Below are positions 1 through 13,104 of a stretch of DNA of 64,000 nucleotides, in pieces. Source of the DNA: Octopus vulgaris (taxonomy: Eukaryota); assembly GCA_951406725.2 (NCBI GenBank), contig OX597829.1, forward strand, positions 32,054,001 to 32,118,000, written 5' to 3'. The notes beneath the pieces were generated by a model. The model was not told the origin of the DNA, did not search any database, and saw nothing but the letters and a program-made list of their open reading frames with translations. Each line of letters opens with the position of its first letter. Positions within the stretch are counted from its first letter, which is position 1. Both the position numbers and the translations under genes were made by a program.

Positions 1-530
1 TCATTAAATGTATTAGTGCTTACTTCACTAAATATTACATATGTTGATGTAGAATGAGGAAAAAAAAATCTGACATATTAAATGTGTCAAGGATTCCATT
101 TGGACATCAACATGACAATTAGAAAGTTATGTCGGTGAATATTTAATTACTGTTCAGAAGATTAAATAACTAAAATACTATTGTTATTGTTGCTAGTATT
201 ATCATTGTTGCTGTCATTGTTGTTGTTGCTGCTGTTATTAGGCATGAAATAAATGTTCTGTTTATTAATTATACTCTAATGATACCTAATTATCAGGAGG
301 ATGGCATGTGTGGCAGATTCATTGTAAAGTTAGAAATACTTTGCCATATTTCTTCCGGGTTTTTTTTTACATTTGAAGTGCAAATCCAGCCTTTCATCCT
401 TCAGAGTCAATTTAATAAAGTACCAGTCAAGTACTGGGGTCAATAGTATCATCAACCCCATCTCCTCAAAACTGCAGATTTGGTGTTTAAATTAGAAACA
501 ATTGTTATTATCATCATCACCATTATTATT

Positions 531-820
531 CTTATCATTATTTGATGAAAACTCATTTTGCTGGGTATGATGGAAAGTATCAGCAGTCCACAGCCAGCAG
601 ACTAAGGTGACATTTGTTTACTGATTATGCTTAAAGAACCCTTTAGAGAACTCTTGCAGTTCCAAGCAATGTTGATTTTTGTAGGTGTTCTACCTTTAAA
701 TTCGTACCTATCTTTTTGAGCCATGTTGGTAGTTGAGTGCTGATACTTCCAAGCACAGCAATTACTATTGGTATCATGTCTACTCCCCTCATTGACCACA
801 ACCTTCATATTTCCCATATT
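531..820 (-). mobile_element. RLE-type non-LTR (R4/Dong/HERO-like) 3' fragment
   Basis: IPIVIAVLGSISTQLPTWLKKIGTNLKVEHLQKSTLLGTARVL with stops, 3'UTR, (TAA)n tail; homologous to 37050-37340. Confidence 0.7.
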
Positions 821-830
821 ATCATTATTT

Positions 831-1058
831 AAGGCAGCAAGCTGGCAGAATCATTAGCATGCCAGGCAAAATGCTTGGTGGCATTTCGTCCATCTTTACA
901 TTTTGAGTTCAAATTCCATCAAGGTCAATTTTGCCTTTCATTTTTTTGGAGTCAAATGAAATGAGTACCAGTTGAGTATTTATCATCATCGAAATTGACT
1001 TACTCCCTTCACCTGAAACTACTGGCCTTGTGCCAAAATTTGAGACTACTATTATTAT

Positions 1059-1108
<50 letters not shown>

Positions 1109-1345
1109 TTATTATTATTATTATTATTATTAAGGCAGTGAGCTGGCAGAATCGTTAGCATGCTAGGCAAAATGCTTAGTGGTATTTCGCTTGTCTTTGC
1201 ATTCTGTGTTCAAATTCTGCTGTGGTTGACTTTACCTTTTATCCTTTTAGGGTCAATAAAGTAAGTACAATTGAGTGATGTGATCATTGTAATTGACTTA
1301 TCCCTTTCTCTAAAATTGCTGGCCTTGTGCCAAAATTTGAAATCA
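831..1345 (+). mobile_element. Two tandem copies of tRNA-derived SINE family B separated by (CTA)n/(TTA)n
   Basis: AAGGCAG.GAGCTGGCAGAATC head, GTTCAAATTC B box, CCTTTCATCCTT..GGTC.ATAAA..AGTACCAG core, (ATT)n tails; other copies at ~300-505, 14400-14590, 30185-30385, 35600-35835, 36320-36500, 52965-53195, 53730-54060, 60145-60550. Confidence 0.8.
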
Positions 1346-2570
1346 TTATTACTATTAAGTTATTACATGCTACTTCATGTAGCAGGGATGTTGTCTGAAG
1401 TTTGGTGACAGTAAATCTCTTGAAATCTGAAGGATATAGAATTTTGCAAGGCAACATTGTAAGTCTTAATTCCAATATTTTTCAGTCTTTTAAGTAGCAG
1501 TTTGGGTTTTGTGCAAAGTGTACAATTACTATAGGAATAATTGTTTTATTAGTCTTCCACAATTTCTTCATTTCCCTGGCTAGGTTCTGATATTTCTGTT
1601 ATAACGTGGTATTGCAAAGTCTAGGATCTTAGATTTTTTTTTCTTGCTTCAACAAAGATATCTGGTCTTTTTGTTTCAGTATTATGGCCAGTCTTTATGG
1701 AGAAATGCCATGAAATCTGGCTATTAAAATAACTCACCCACACCAATGCTTTTTACATGAAACCAAGGTACCACATAAAACGTATGGGTGTGAATGCCAC
1801 ATAAAACCAAGGTACCACATAAAAAGTATGGGTGTGTTGGTACCTCATGAAAAGCACTGGTACTGGTGCCACATAAAAGTCACTCAGTACACTCTGTAAA
1901 GTGATTGGCATCAGGAAGGGCATCCAGCTGTAGAAACAAAACCAAAACAGACTATAAAACTTGGTGTGGGCCTTGTCAAACCATCTAACCCATGCCAGCA
2001 TGAGAAACGGACATTGAATGTTGATGATGATGATGACAGCCCTTTCTTGTGTTCATACGACTTCTCCCTCAGTTTGAATACATACATTCAGCTGTCGCTT
2101 GCACCAACACTGCCATACTTGTACTTATACTGTTTTTGTGTTACTATTGTCATCATTATTACTATTATTATTAGTGCTATCATCATCATCATCATCAACA
2201 TCATTATTGTTATTGAGCATGAAGCAAATGTTCAAGTAATTAAATATAATTTCCTCTAATTATGCCTAATTATCATGAGGATGGCCTATCATTGTAATAT
2301 GCTTAATGTTTATTTTATTCCAAACTCCAATACTTTTCTTCCTCCTTTTGTATCAGACATAAAATCAAAAACAATGAAATGCTCAAGGTCATGTGCTACT
2401 AAATGTTTCAAGCAGCTTGCATTCACCATCAAGGATCTTATCAGAAAGTTTATATAATGGTCACAGACGTAGCCATGAGGTAAAGGAGGTCTCTTCACAA
2501 CCATGTAGTAATGGGTTTGATCCCATAAGCCTGTCATACATGTATATATATAAATATACATAATGATGAT

Positions 2571-3010
2571 GCAGGTAAGGCTGTGTGGTAAGAAGCTTGC
2601 TTCTCAACCACATGGTTCCGGGTTCGGTTCCACTGCATGGCACTTTGGGCAAGTGACTTCTACTATAGCTTCGGGCCAACCAAAGCCTTGTGAGTGGGTT
2701 TGGTAGATGGAAACTGAAAGAAGCCCATCATGTGTGTGTGTGTATGTGTGCGTGCGTGCATGTGTGTGTGCGTGCGTGTGTGTGTGTCTTTGTGTCTGTG
2801 TTTGTGCTCCTACCATTGTTTGACAACCTATATTGGTGCATTCATGTCCTCATAACTTAGCGGTTTGGCAAAAGAGACCAATAGAATAAGTATTAGGCTT
2901 ACAAAGAAGAAGTACTGGGATCAATTTCTTTGATTAAAACTCTTTAAGGCAGTGTTCGAGCATGGCCACAGCCAAATAACTGAAACAAACAAAAGGAGTT
3001 AAAAAATAAA
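2571..3010 (+). mobile_element. SINE family A copy
   Basis: Same head, body and tail as 62267-62678. Confidence 0.8.
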
Positions 3011-3916
3011 AGTGTATGTGAGTGTTTGTGCATGTGTGTGTGTTTGTGTGTGTGTGTGTGAGTGTATGTGAGTGTGTGTATTTGTGTGTGTGTGTTTGTG
3101 TGTGTGTGTTTGTGTGTGCGCACACACGTGTTTGTATTATCGTTGTTGTCATCCTCCACTTTTCCCATACTTGCATGAATTGAATGGATTTTACTGAGCC
3201 CAACCAGTCAGTCCTGAGGAGAAGATGCCAGTATGAAAGCAGCAGAAAAGGTACAGTAGGGGAATGTGGCTTTATGATCATGTGTTGCATTCATGATCGT
3301 AAGATTGTGGTTTCAAATCCTGAACCAGGCAAAACATTGTGTTCTTGAGCAAAGCACTTCATTTCAGTATATTCCAGTCTCCTCAGCTGGCAAAAATGAA
3401 TAATCTTGTGATGGACTGGTGTCCCATTCAATGAGTGGAATATATATGCCACAGAAGCTGGGGAACCAACCATAACAGTCTAAGGCTTGGGAAGGCCCTG
3501 AGACCCTTTTTTGAGAAAAGGTAGAAAGAGGAGATAGCACACGTGCTAGGGGCTGGAGCATGACTGTAAGTGAGTTTACATCAAGCAGCTAGGTGGCCCT
3601 TTTCTGAATGCAGATTGGTTATCTGTGTATACAGTAGCAGCACCTTTTCAGAAGTAAGTGCAATATTCCATGGTGAGTCTCACTTGAACTTTGTAGAGTA
3701 TCAATAATTTCTGAGATTGCATTCAATTGGTAAGTTATCACAACATGATTTGTCTTACATGTTTAAATATAGTCTATACAGGCATGGCTGTGAGATGGTT
3801 ACTGAGCTTGTTTTACAACCATGTGATTTTGCAACCACATTGTAACCAGTATTTTGTCACATCAGCCAAAATCTAACCAACAATAGTCAACAAATATACA
3901 TCATATTCTTTGACTG

Positions 3917-4282
3917 ATACTCTTTTACTCTTTTACTTGTTTCAGTCATTTGACTTCGGCCATGCTGGAGCACCGCCTTTAGTCGAGCAAATCAACCCCA
4001 GGACTTATTCTTTGTAAGCCTAGTACTTATTCTATCAGTGTCTTTTGCCGAACCGCTAAGTCACGGGGATGCAAACACATCAGCATCGGTTGTCAAGCGA
4101 TGTTGGTGGGGGACAAACACACACACACACACACATAGGACAGGCTTCTTTCTGTTTCCGTCTACCAAATCCCCTCACAAGGCTTTGGTCGGCCTGAGGC
4201 TATAGAAGACACTAACCCAAGGTGCCATGCAGTGGGACTGACCCAGGAATCATGTGGTTGGTAAGCAAGCTACTTATCACAA
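3917..4282 (-). mobile_element. SINE family A copy
   Basis: Reverse-complement match to family A. Confidence 0.8.
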
Positions 4283-5182
4283 GAAGCCAATCAATAGTTG
4301 ATTGAAAATTAGTCACATCTCATAAAAAGAATATCAAGCAACAGGCAGTGGAACAGAGTCAGAGGAACACATTCATAAACAGTCTTGATTAGGTCAGCAG
4401 TCAGGAAGGAAGATGCTGTTGACCAGTACTGACATTAGAAGCTCATAGATTCATGAGAGACAGATCATCACTGCAAATGAAATTTTTTCTAGAAATGACA
4501 CAACCATCAAAACACTGACAGAACATCTGTTAAGTGAGTTGTGTTTTGACAACCTTACTGCCAACAAAATATGAATGCTACAACAAACAGTCCATCACAG
4601 AAATATCGCTACATAATGTTGTGAAATGAACTGTTTCCCTATTATTTTCTGTTTTTGGTGTACCAGACCATTGCATTTGGGTCTTCTTTCTAAAGTAACA
4701 AAAAATAGATGATTAAGGACTGACATCAAGCCATTTTCATTTTGTCAACTCTGGTTCATCATCATATTGTCTCACACACACTTACACATAACACATACAT
4801 TTGAATACACATACACTCACACACAAATACATACACATACATAAATATACATACAAATATAGCGAGGGGGAGAGAAATAGCAACATGCATACACACACAT
4901 ATATGCATATAATGTCCACATGCCTACACACATATAGCATGCAAACACATGTATGTGCACGTACCAATCAGATGTCCAATATATCTTCACACACATCCAC
5001 ATTCACACACCCAAACACTGATAAGCTCAAACTAAAAACAAAATTACAAGGGCTATTACTATAGAGCCACACAATAACCATGCACCAGCTCAGATCTAAA
5101 CACACACATATATACTTGCCAAAAACCGACATTAATCACAAACCCTACTGCATTTACTCACTGATACAAAGCTCATATAACT

Positions 5183-5582
5183 ATACTCTTTTACTCTTTT
5201 ACTTGTTTCAGTCATTTGACTGTGGCCATGCTGGAGCACCGCCTTTAGTCGAGCAAATCGACCCCAGGACTTATTCTTTGTAAGCCTACTACTTATTCTA
5301 TCGATCTCTTTTGCCGAACTGCTAAGTTACAAGGACGTAAACACATCAGCATCGGTTGTCAAGCGATGTTAGGGGTACAAATATAGACACATAAACACAC
5401 ACACACACATATATATACAACAGGCTTCTTTCAGTTTCTGTCTATCAAATCCAATCACAAGGCTTTGGTCGGCCCGAGGCTATAGTAGAAGACACTTGCC
5501 GAAGGTGCCACGCAGTGGGACTGAACCCGGAACAATGTGGCTGGTAAGCAAGCTACTTACCACACAGCCACTCCTACGCCTA
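5183..5582 (-). mobile_element. SINE family A copy (in duplication unit 1)
   Basis: Reverse-complement match. Confidence 0.8.
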
Positions 5583-6383
5583 TGTAGACATGCAAATACA
5601 AGTCAGGCATTAATATAAAGTACTCATAACCTAGAGTGCACAAACAAAACATACAACAAAAAGGCACACACTTAGAAATGACACAACCATCAAAACACTG
5701 ACAGAACATCTGTTAAGTGAGTTGTGTTTTGACAACCTTACTGCCAACAAAATATGAATGCTACAACAAACAGTCATCACAGAAATATCGCTACATAATG
5801 TTGTGAAATGAACTGTTTCCCTATTATTTTCTGTTTTTGGTGTACCAGACCATTGCATTTGGGTCTTCTTTCTAAAGTAACAAAAAATAGATGATTAAGG
5901 ACTGACTTCAAGCCATTTTCATTTTGTCAACTCTGGTTCATCATCATATTGTCTCACACACACTTACACATAACACATACATTTGAATACACATACACTC
6001 ACACACAAATACATACACATACATAAATATACATACAAATATAGCGAGGGGGAGAGAAATAGCAACATGCATACACACACATATATGCATATAATGTCCA
6101 CATGCCTACACACATATAGCATGCAAACACATGCATGTGCACGTACCAATCAGATGTCCAATATATCTTCACACACATCCACATTCACACACCCAAACAC
6201 TGATAAGCTCAAACTAAAAACAAAATTACAAGGGCTATTACTATAGAGCCACACAATAACCATGCACCAGCTCAGATCTAAACACACACATGCACATATG
6301 TACACACACATATATACTTGCCAAAAACCGACATTAATCACAAACCCTACTGCATTTACTCACTGATACAAAGCTCATATAAC

Positions 6384-6757
6384 TATACTCTTTTACTTGT
6401 TTCAGCCATTTGACTGTGGCCATGCTGGAGCACTGCCTTTAGTCAAGCAAATCGACCCCAGGACTTATTCTTTGTAAGCCTACTACTTATTCTATCGGTC
6501 TCTTTTGCCGAACCGCTAAGTTACGGGGACGTAAACACATCAGCATCGGTTGTCAAGCGATGTTAGGGGTACAAATACAGACACATAAACACACACACAT
6601 ATATATACAACGGGCTTCTTTCAGTTTCTGTCTATCAAATCCAATCACAAGGCTTTGGTCGGCCCGAGGCTATAGTAGAAGACACTTGCCCAAGGTGCCA
6701 CGCAGTGGGACTGAACTGGTAAGCAAGCTACTTACCACACAGCCACTCCTATGCCTA
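6384..6757 (-). mobile_element. SINE family A copy (in duplication unit 2)
   Basis: Reverse-complement match with a small deletion in the head. Confidence 0.8.
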
Positions 6758-7088
6758 TGTAGACATGCAAATACAAGTCAGGCATTAATATAAAGTACTC
6801 ATAACCTAGAGTGCACAAACAAAACATACAACAAAAAGGCACACACTCAGACAATAGTTTTACTGCACTACACAGACACTAACAGTCATGCACACACACA
6901 GGTGGATGTGCCCACTTGCACACACATGCACACACACACACACATGCAATCACACAGGCACAAACAAATGACCAGAAGCAACAGTTAAAACCTCATTTTT
7001 AAAAGCTTCTTCTTACCTTTTACTTTTATTTCTATTTTATATTTTCTTCTACTTAAAGGTTCCTTCTATTGCTTTCTGCCCACAGGCA

Positions 7089-7121
<33 letters not shown>

Positions 7122-7755
7122 GGTTGGTTGTTGTCTATTGTAAATTAATGATCCAGGATGCTGAACAGAAAAACCATCTAGATAACTTTTAAAACTTTTA
7201 AAGGTTTCACAGGAAATTTTACTATTGTTTCATAGACATTTTAGGAAGGAGTTGTTTAATTATGAGCCCTTTAAATGCCAAACTATTGTTGTATAAGTTC
7301 CTGATGCTGTAGCGTGAGGAAGGGGTATGACAGTATCTTGGTAGTTCTTCCTTGTTTACCAAGGTCTGGTGCAAAACATTTGAGAAACTTCAACATAGAA
7401 ATACATATTTCTAATGGCATTCTACAATGTTGAGATATGATATGCCAAACTATTCCCAGTTGTGCAATTTTTTAACTTTGGAAATTTGCTTTTTGGGTTT
7501 TATATAGCAGGTTGTGTGTGTGTGTGCACGTGCGCACGTGAGTGTGTATGAGTGAGTGTTCATATGTGTATATGTATGCACTTATATATGAATAAATGTA
7601 TGTATTTTCCCTTTCTCTTTTTAAAATTTTGACTGGCCACCTATTTGGTAGCAAGGTTATGTCTATGTATGTGTATGTGTATGTATATATATATATATAT
7701 ATATATAGATAGATAGATAGATAGATAGATTGATAGATAGATAGATAGATAGATA

Positions 7756-8407
7756 TGTTTCTTTATTAGCCACACCGGGCTGCACACAGATAGAACAAAT
7801 TACAAGGTAGAGCTTTTCTTTTGAAGGGTTAGGAAAAAAAAAATAAATAAATAAATAAAAGGAAGGGGGGAGTTTCGATCAAAAGGGATCGTAAAAGGAG
7901 AGAAAGAGGACAAAAAAAAGGGGGGGTTAAAAAAAGGGGGGAGGAAAAAAAATTGATCAATAGGGATCGTTATCACAGAAATGTCAATATGAAGTGTAAA
8001 GGGGAGGACAGGTGAGGTTTACCCGTGGAAAGAAAAGCCTACGGAAAAGACCACGGTAACCTCGGTCAATGAAGTCACATTTTATATTTCTTTTTTTTTT
8101 TTTTTTTTTTTTGCAAATAAGCAACTCTCTGTTTTCGATTTCTGGGTTCATAGGACCATGCTCAAGGTGGCTTCGTCATTCATACGTGCCATTCTTGCTA
8201 CATTCACCCATCTTTTTTTAAAACATTCGCTAGACAAAACTTGCCTCTCTACTCTCACTTTCCTTTTCAAGTGGTACTTGAAGAAGTTGATGAGAGATTG
8301 ACCAGAGAGGAAAGTGTTTGTCTCCAATCCTTTCAGACGCGTCCACCAGATACATTCTTTCGCCATAGCCACAAGGATGATGAAAATAGCTCTTCCTATT
8401 AGAAAAT
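7756..8407 (-). mobile_element. 5'-truncated L1/Tx1-like LINE (ORF2 C-terminus + 3'UTR)
   Basis: LVAMAKECIWWTRLK...FFKYHLKRKVRVER...FKKRWVNV...L*, then a 3'UTR with AATAAA at 7767-7762; (GATA)n on both flanks. Confidence 0.7.
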
Positions 8408-8431
8408 AGATAGATAGATAGATAGATAGAT

Positions 8432-8466
<35 letters not shown>

Positions 8467-8545
8467 GGATGGATACGTACATACATACATATATAGATAT
8501 ATATAACTGTTCCTCTGGAGGTTTCCTTATAAATTGAACATTCAT

Positions 8546-8960
8546 CTCTATTTATAAAACTGAAATGCGAAAAGTTTGTTTGTTTGTCTGGTTTTTGGCC
8601 ACTAGATCCCATCGGATTGACTTCAAAATTTACAGGGACATGTAAAATGAGGTGAGGATGAGAGTGGGCTAGGTTAGAAATCCCCATCTTAAAAGGTGTC
8701 GTTGCCAGGGCCAAAAACGCACTTTCACAAGTCTACTCTCATTCTTTTATGTATCTGTCTTCCTCCATCACTCACTCTCTTTCCTCCCTTCCCATCACTT
8801 TCTATAGATAACGTCGTTTCACAACGTCTAACTCCCTTACCTTCACTTTCTCTTTATAATGTCGTTTCACAGCGTCCTATATCTGCCCCCCTCCCCACCT
8901 TCGACAGCGCTTTCACACACTCTCTCTCTCTCTCTACGTCTGTCTGCATTCATAGAGAGA
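8546..8960 (+). mobile_element. Possible non-autonomous Helitron/Helentron-like 5' fragment
   Basis: TCTCTATTTATAAAA...GTTTGTTTGTTTGTCTG...CGGATTGACTTCAAAATTT arrangement resembles Helitron/HINE heads; 3' end not found. Confidence 0.3.
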
Positions 8961-9665
8961 ATTATCATCGCCACCACCACCACCACCACACAATCATGAG
9001 AACAAATATTATGAATCAGATATTTATTGGGTTAACATATATATTTATATATGTGTGTGTGTGTTCTATATATAAATATGTATATATAATGTATATTTAT
9101 GTATTTATGTATATTAAACTTTTTAATACTTTTTGATAGTTATATATATTTTTAAAAAATTATAAATATAAATTAATAATTTTAATTTTAAATTTAAATA
9201 ATTTAAATTTTTAAATTTTATATTTTATATATTTTGTATATTAATATTTTTATTTTTATGTTTTGGTTTATGTTTTTCACTGTTTGATTTGCCTATTAGT
9301 GGTTTTATCTCTAATTTAATTTATATATATATATATATATAATTTGTATACATTTGTATATATAATGCATGCACACACACACAGAGACATATATATATAT
9401 AATGTGTGCATTATGTGGTTGGTTGAGCTGAAAATATGCACACCTATGTTAAAAGTGCTGGCGAGTTTGCATGACAATTATTTTTTTCCTCAAATGAAAG
9501 GTGTGACCTCTAGGACAAAATTCTTCATCTTATAAAATGTGGCCCCAGTAGACCCAAATGAAATTGGGTTATATTAACCAAAATGTGAAAAGCGGCCCCA
9601 TTTAACATCTCTTTTTCATGCTGACATATTGGACTGCTTGACAGGAACAGGTAAGGTCAGGGGCC

Positions 9666-9962
<297 letters not shown>

Positions 9963-10394
9963 CATACATACATATAGCTAAAAGATATATATATGATGAT
10001 GATGATATATCCGATAATAAATATAACACACACGGTAAGTGGCCATAAGGATAGGTTGCTAGGGCAAAACAATGCCCTTGGTGGCCATCTTAGCAAACTA
10101 GGTGAAGGGTTATACATAATGGTGTCACATGCACCACTACAATACATTGCTAACACTGTTACACATATACCAATACACACACTACCACACAACATACTAC
10201 ATACATACGCTACCTACAGGTCATTATATACATTTCCACTACACATAAATACACTCACCGCGATAAACAAAACTGCACATACACCACTACAAACACAACG
10301 CATGCATACACAATTACACGTGCATTGCTACACACACACAATTACAAATACTACGCATAACTACATATACACCAACATACACACGACTACACAA

Positions 10395-10756
10395 AACACA
10401 TTGTGCGCGCGAGCGTACGATCTGTATTTGTTTCAGCCAAAAACTGCTAAAATGGTCACTGCTGTCTTCGGGTGCATAATCATAATCTAGTTTAATGTTG
10501 ATTTTAACACCAGTTGCTTGAAACTCATCGAAGTTCTACCTTCCTTGATTGTAAATTGAGTGGGCGTGTTCGACCGTGTTGCCCGGCTGGTTGAAAACTG
10601 GGTCAAACGGTGTCAGCCGAAATAGTCATCTCTTCCTGTTTCACGCAGCCTCTGTTTATACGGTCTGTAACGTTCGCGAAGGTCTCTTCGTAACATCTTT
10701 CAGTCTCTTTCATTTCGTTGATATCTACTGTCGTATCAAAAAGATAAATCTTCAAG
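10395..10756 (+). promoter_or_regulatory. Probable promoter/5'UTR of the TOMM5-like gene
   Basis: Non-repetitive CpG-enriched segment directly upstream of the ATG, with a GGGCGTG GC-box-like motif near 10562 and TGCGCGCG near 10404. TSS not determinable. Confidence 0.45.
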
Positions 10757-10871
10757 ATGATGCGAATGCAGAAGGACCGTGTCGACCCCGAAGAAGAGAA
10801 GAAGAAGGCCAGACAACAAACAATGCAGACAGTAGCTTTCTTCGTGATGGTGTGTGGCTTTATACGTGCAA
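10757..10871 (+). CDS. TOMM5: TOMM5/Tom5-like mitochondrial import receptor subunit, coding exon 1
   Basis: caagATG start; MMRMQKDRVDPEEEKKKARQQTMQTVAFFVMVCGFIRA + 1 nt, then GTGAGT donor at 10872. The DPEE-K-K motif followed by a hydrophobic stretch matches Tom5 architecture (human MFRIEGLAPKLDPEEMKRKMREDV...LLRVTPFILKKL, recalled). Lies in a locally CpG-rich segment. Confidence 0.85.
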
Positions 10872-11993
10872 GTGAGTGACCTTAAATTAACACTTTCACC
10901 TTCACTTTAAATAACAAACATTGTTCACATGTGAATACAATAATAAGGTTATAACATCGTGTCAGTGTTCTTGTTTGAAAATCAGGTGTTTGTTTGAACT
11001 TGCCACTGCTTTTATTTCATTAGTTTGACAAATGTAAAGCAGAAATTTTGCAATTTAATTAAGACTTAAATGTATGATATACTTACATAAGAGTGCGAAG
11101 AAAAAACAAAAAGAATTCACCACTATTGAGACACGCCAGCATCCTTGCAGCGTTACCGCAGGTTATAACATTTCTACTTTACAAAATTTAAAAGTATATA
11201 TAAAAATAGTAAACAAATATATGATTCTCTTGTATTTGAACTGTCGGCATTGATCATACATCGCCAATGGTTTGCGAAACGCTTTCTGATAAACAGTCTA
11301 GTCCACATTTTCAGTTACTAATTAGGTGACAATAGCTATAAAACGAAGCAAATATTTAATACTACAGTTCGATCTATTTACTGTCTTAGTAGGACCCTTT
11401 AAAAAAACAAATCTTTATTTCTTTTTATGTTTAAAATTTTTGTAATTAGAAGCTTTGCTGGAGCGGGAAAAATGTAAAACTAATCAAAATTTTGTAACAA
11501 TTAACTGTAGATGTTTAAACCAATTCAATTTTAAATGTTTTTAAGTTAACATGCTATGTCCTTCATCTTTTATTTAGCCTAAAATAAGTTCTGGGGCCAA
11601 ATTATTAAAGACCTAGAATCTCCATGGTTCAATGATCGAATGCCACACATATGTATATACATATTATATAAACTAACTTCACAACAATTATCATGACAAT
11701 TTATTGCCCTTTCGTCCTCGCTTATAATTTAACACCACGTGTCTTTGTTTTTTTTTTTCTTTGGTGGGGGACACTTGCACTTCTCATTTTAATATTTCTC
11801 TTTTTAAAATTACATTTATAGATAGAAATCTGTACAGATATTTATAGTTTGAAATGTATAACATAAAGTCTTTTAAATTGAAAGATATGCATGAAAGATC
11901 GTGCTTTTAACTGGAACCCATGAAAACAGTCTAGTCTTTCAAGGTCATTCCATGAATCCAAAAAAAAAACCCAACAGATTTTGTATGCGTGTG

Positions 11994-12028
<35 letters not shown>

Positions 12029-12029
12029 G

Positions 12030-12085
<56 letters not shown>

Positions 12086-12367
12086 GATATAACATTATAT
12101 TGTATTTATATATATTACATTATATTGTATTTATATGTGTGTGTGTGTGATAAAAACGAAAGTGAAGGTAAATTGTATGTGTTAAAATCAAAATGAGGAT
12201 ATTTAAACCTCTTATAGGGATATTTTATCAAAGATACGCTGATTTAATATATTATATTTTGAAGAGATATTACTTCAATGAATATATATATATATATATA
12301 ATATCGTAAAATATCAAGCATAAATTCGAGTTAGAAAACAGAGATCTAATGGATACAAATTAATTTA

Positions 12368-12407
<40 letters not shown>

Positions 12408-12541
12408 TACACACACACGCATATACATATACATACAGTATTATATAACTATTACGGCCTATCTTACCGATCGGTTTCGCACTAAAGATTCAATGGAATG
12501 TTACGTAACAGCCTTATGTAATCCTGCTCTGTGTATGTATG

Positions 12542-12612
<71 letters not shown>

Positions 12613-12714
12613 GCGTGGCTGTGTGGTAAGAGGTTTGAGATTCATTCATTCAACTAAGAATTCCACAAGACGGTTCCCTAGCATGGCTGCAGTCAAATGA
12701 CTGGGACAAGTAAA

Positions 12715-12759
<45 letters not shown>

Positions 12760-12884
12760 ATTCTTTTCCTTGTTTCTGTCATTTGACTGAACAAATTGAC
12801 CAGGACTTATTCTTTCTAAGTCTTTCTATCAAGCTGTTTTGCTGAACCACTTAGTTACGGTGGGAAGGGTACAGACACAAACAC

Positions 12885-12926
<42 letters not shown>

Positions 12927-13055
12927 GATGGACTTCTTTCAGTTTCTCTCTACTAAATCCACTCATAAGGCTTTGGTTGGCTCAAGGCTATAGTAGAAGG
13001 CACCATTCATACCACCCAATGGGATACTCGAGAACATTCATATATACATACATAT

Positions 13056-13104
<49 letters not shown>

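Larger units (their letters stand above)
4490..6847. repeat. Tandem duplication, ~1.18-kb unit x2
   Basis: 4490-5672 and 5673-6847 are near-identical with a few indels and substitutions; yields duplicated ORFs in the track. Confidence 0.92.

Noticed and set aside
10250-10260. Minus-strand CG|GTGAGT donor suggesting a divergent transcript from the TOMM5 promoter
   Set aside because: Surrounding sequence is low-complexity CA-rich and no downstream exons could be linked.
10576-10875. 99-aa ORF overlapping TOMM5 exon 1
   Set aside because: Non-ATG start and no recognisable motif; a different frame gives the Tom5-like peptide with a proper ATG and donor.
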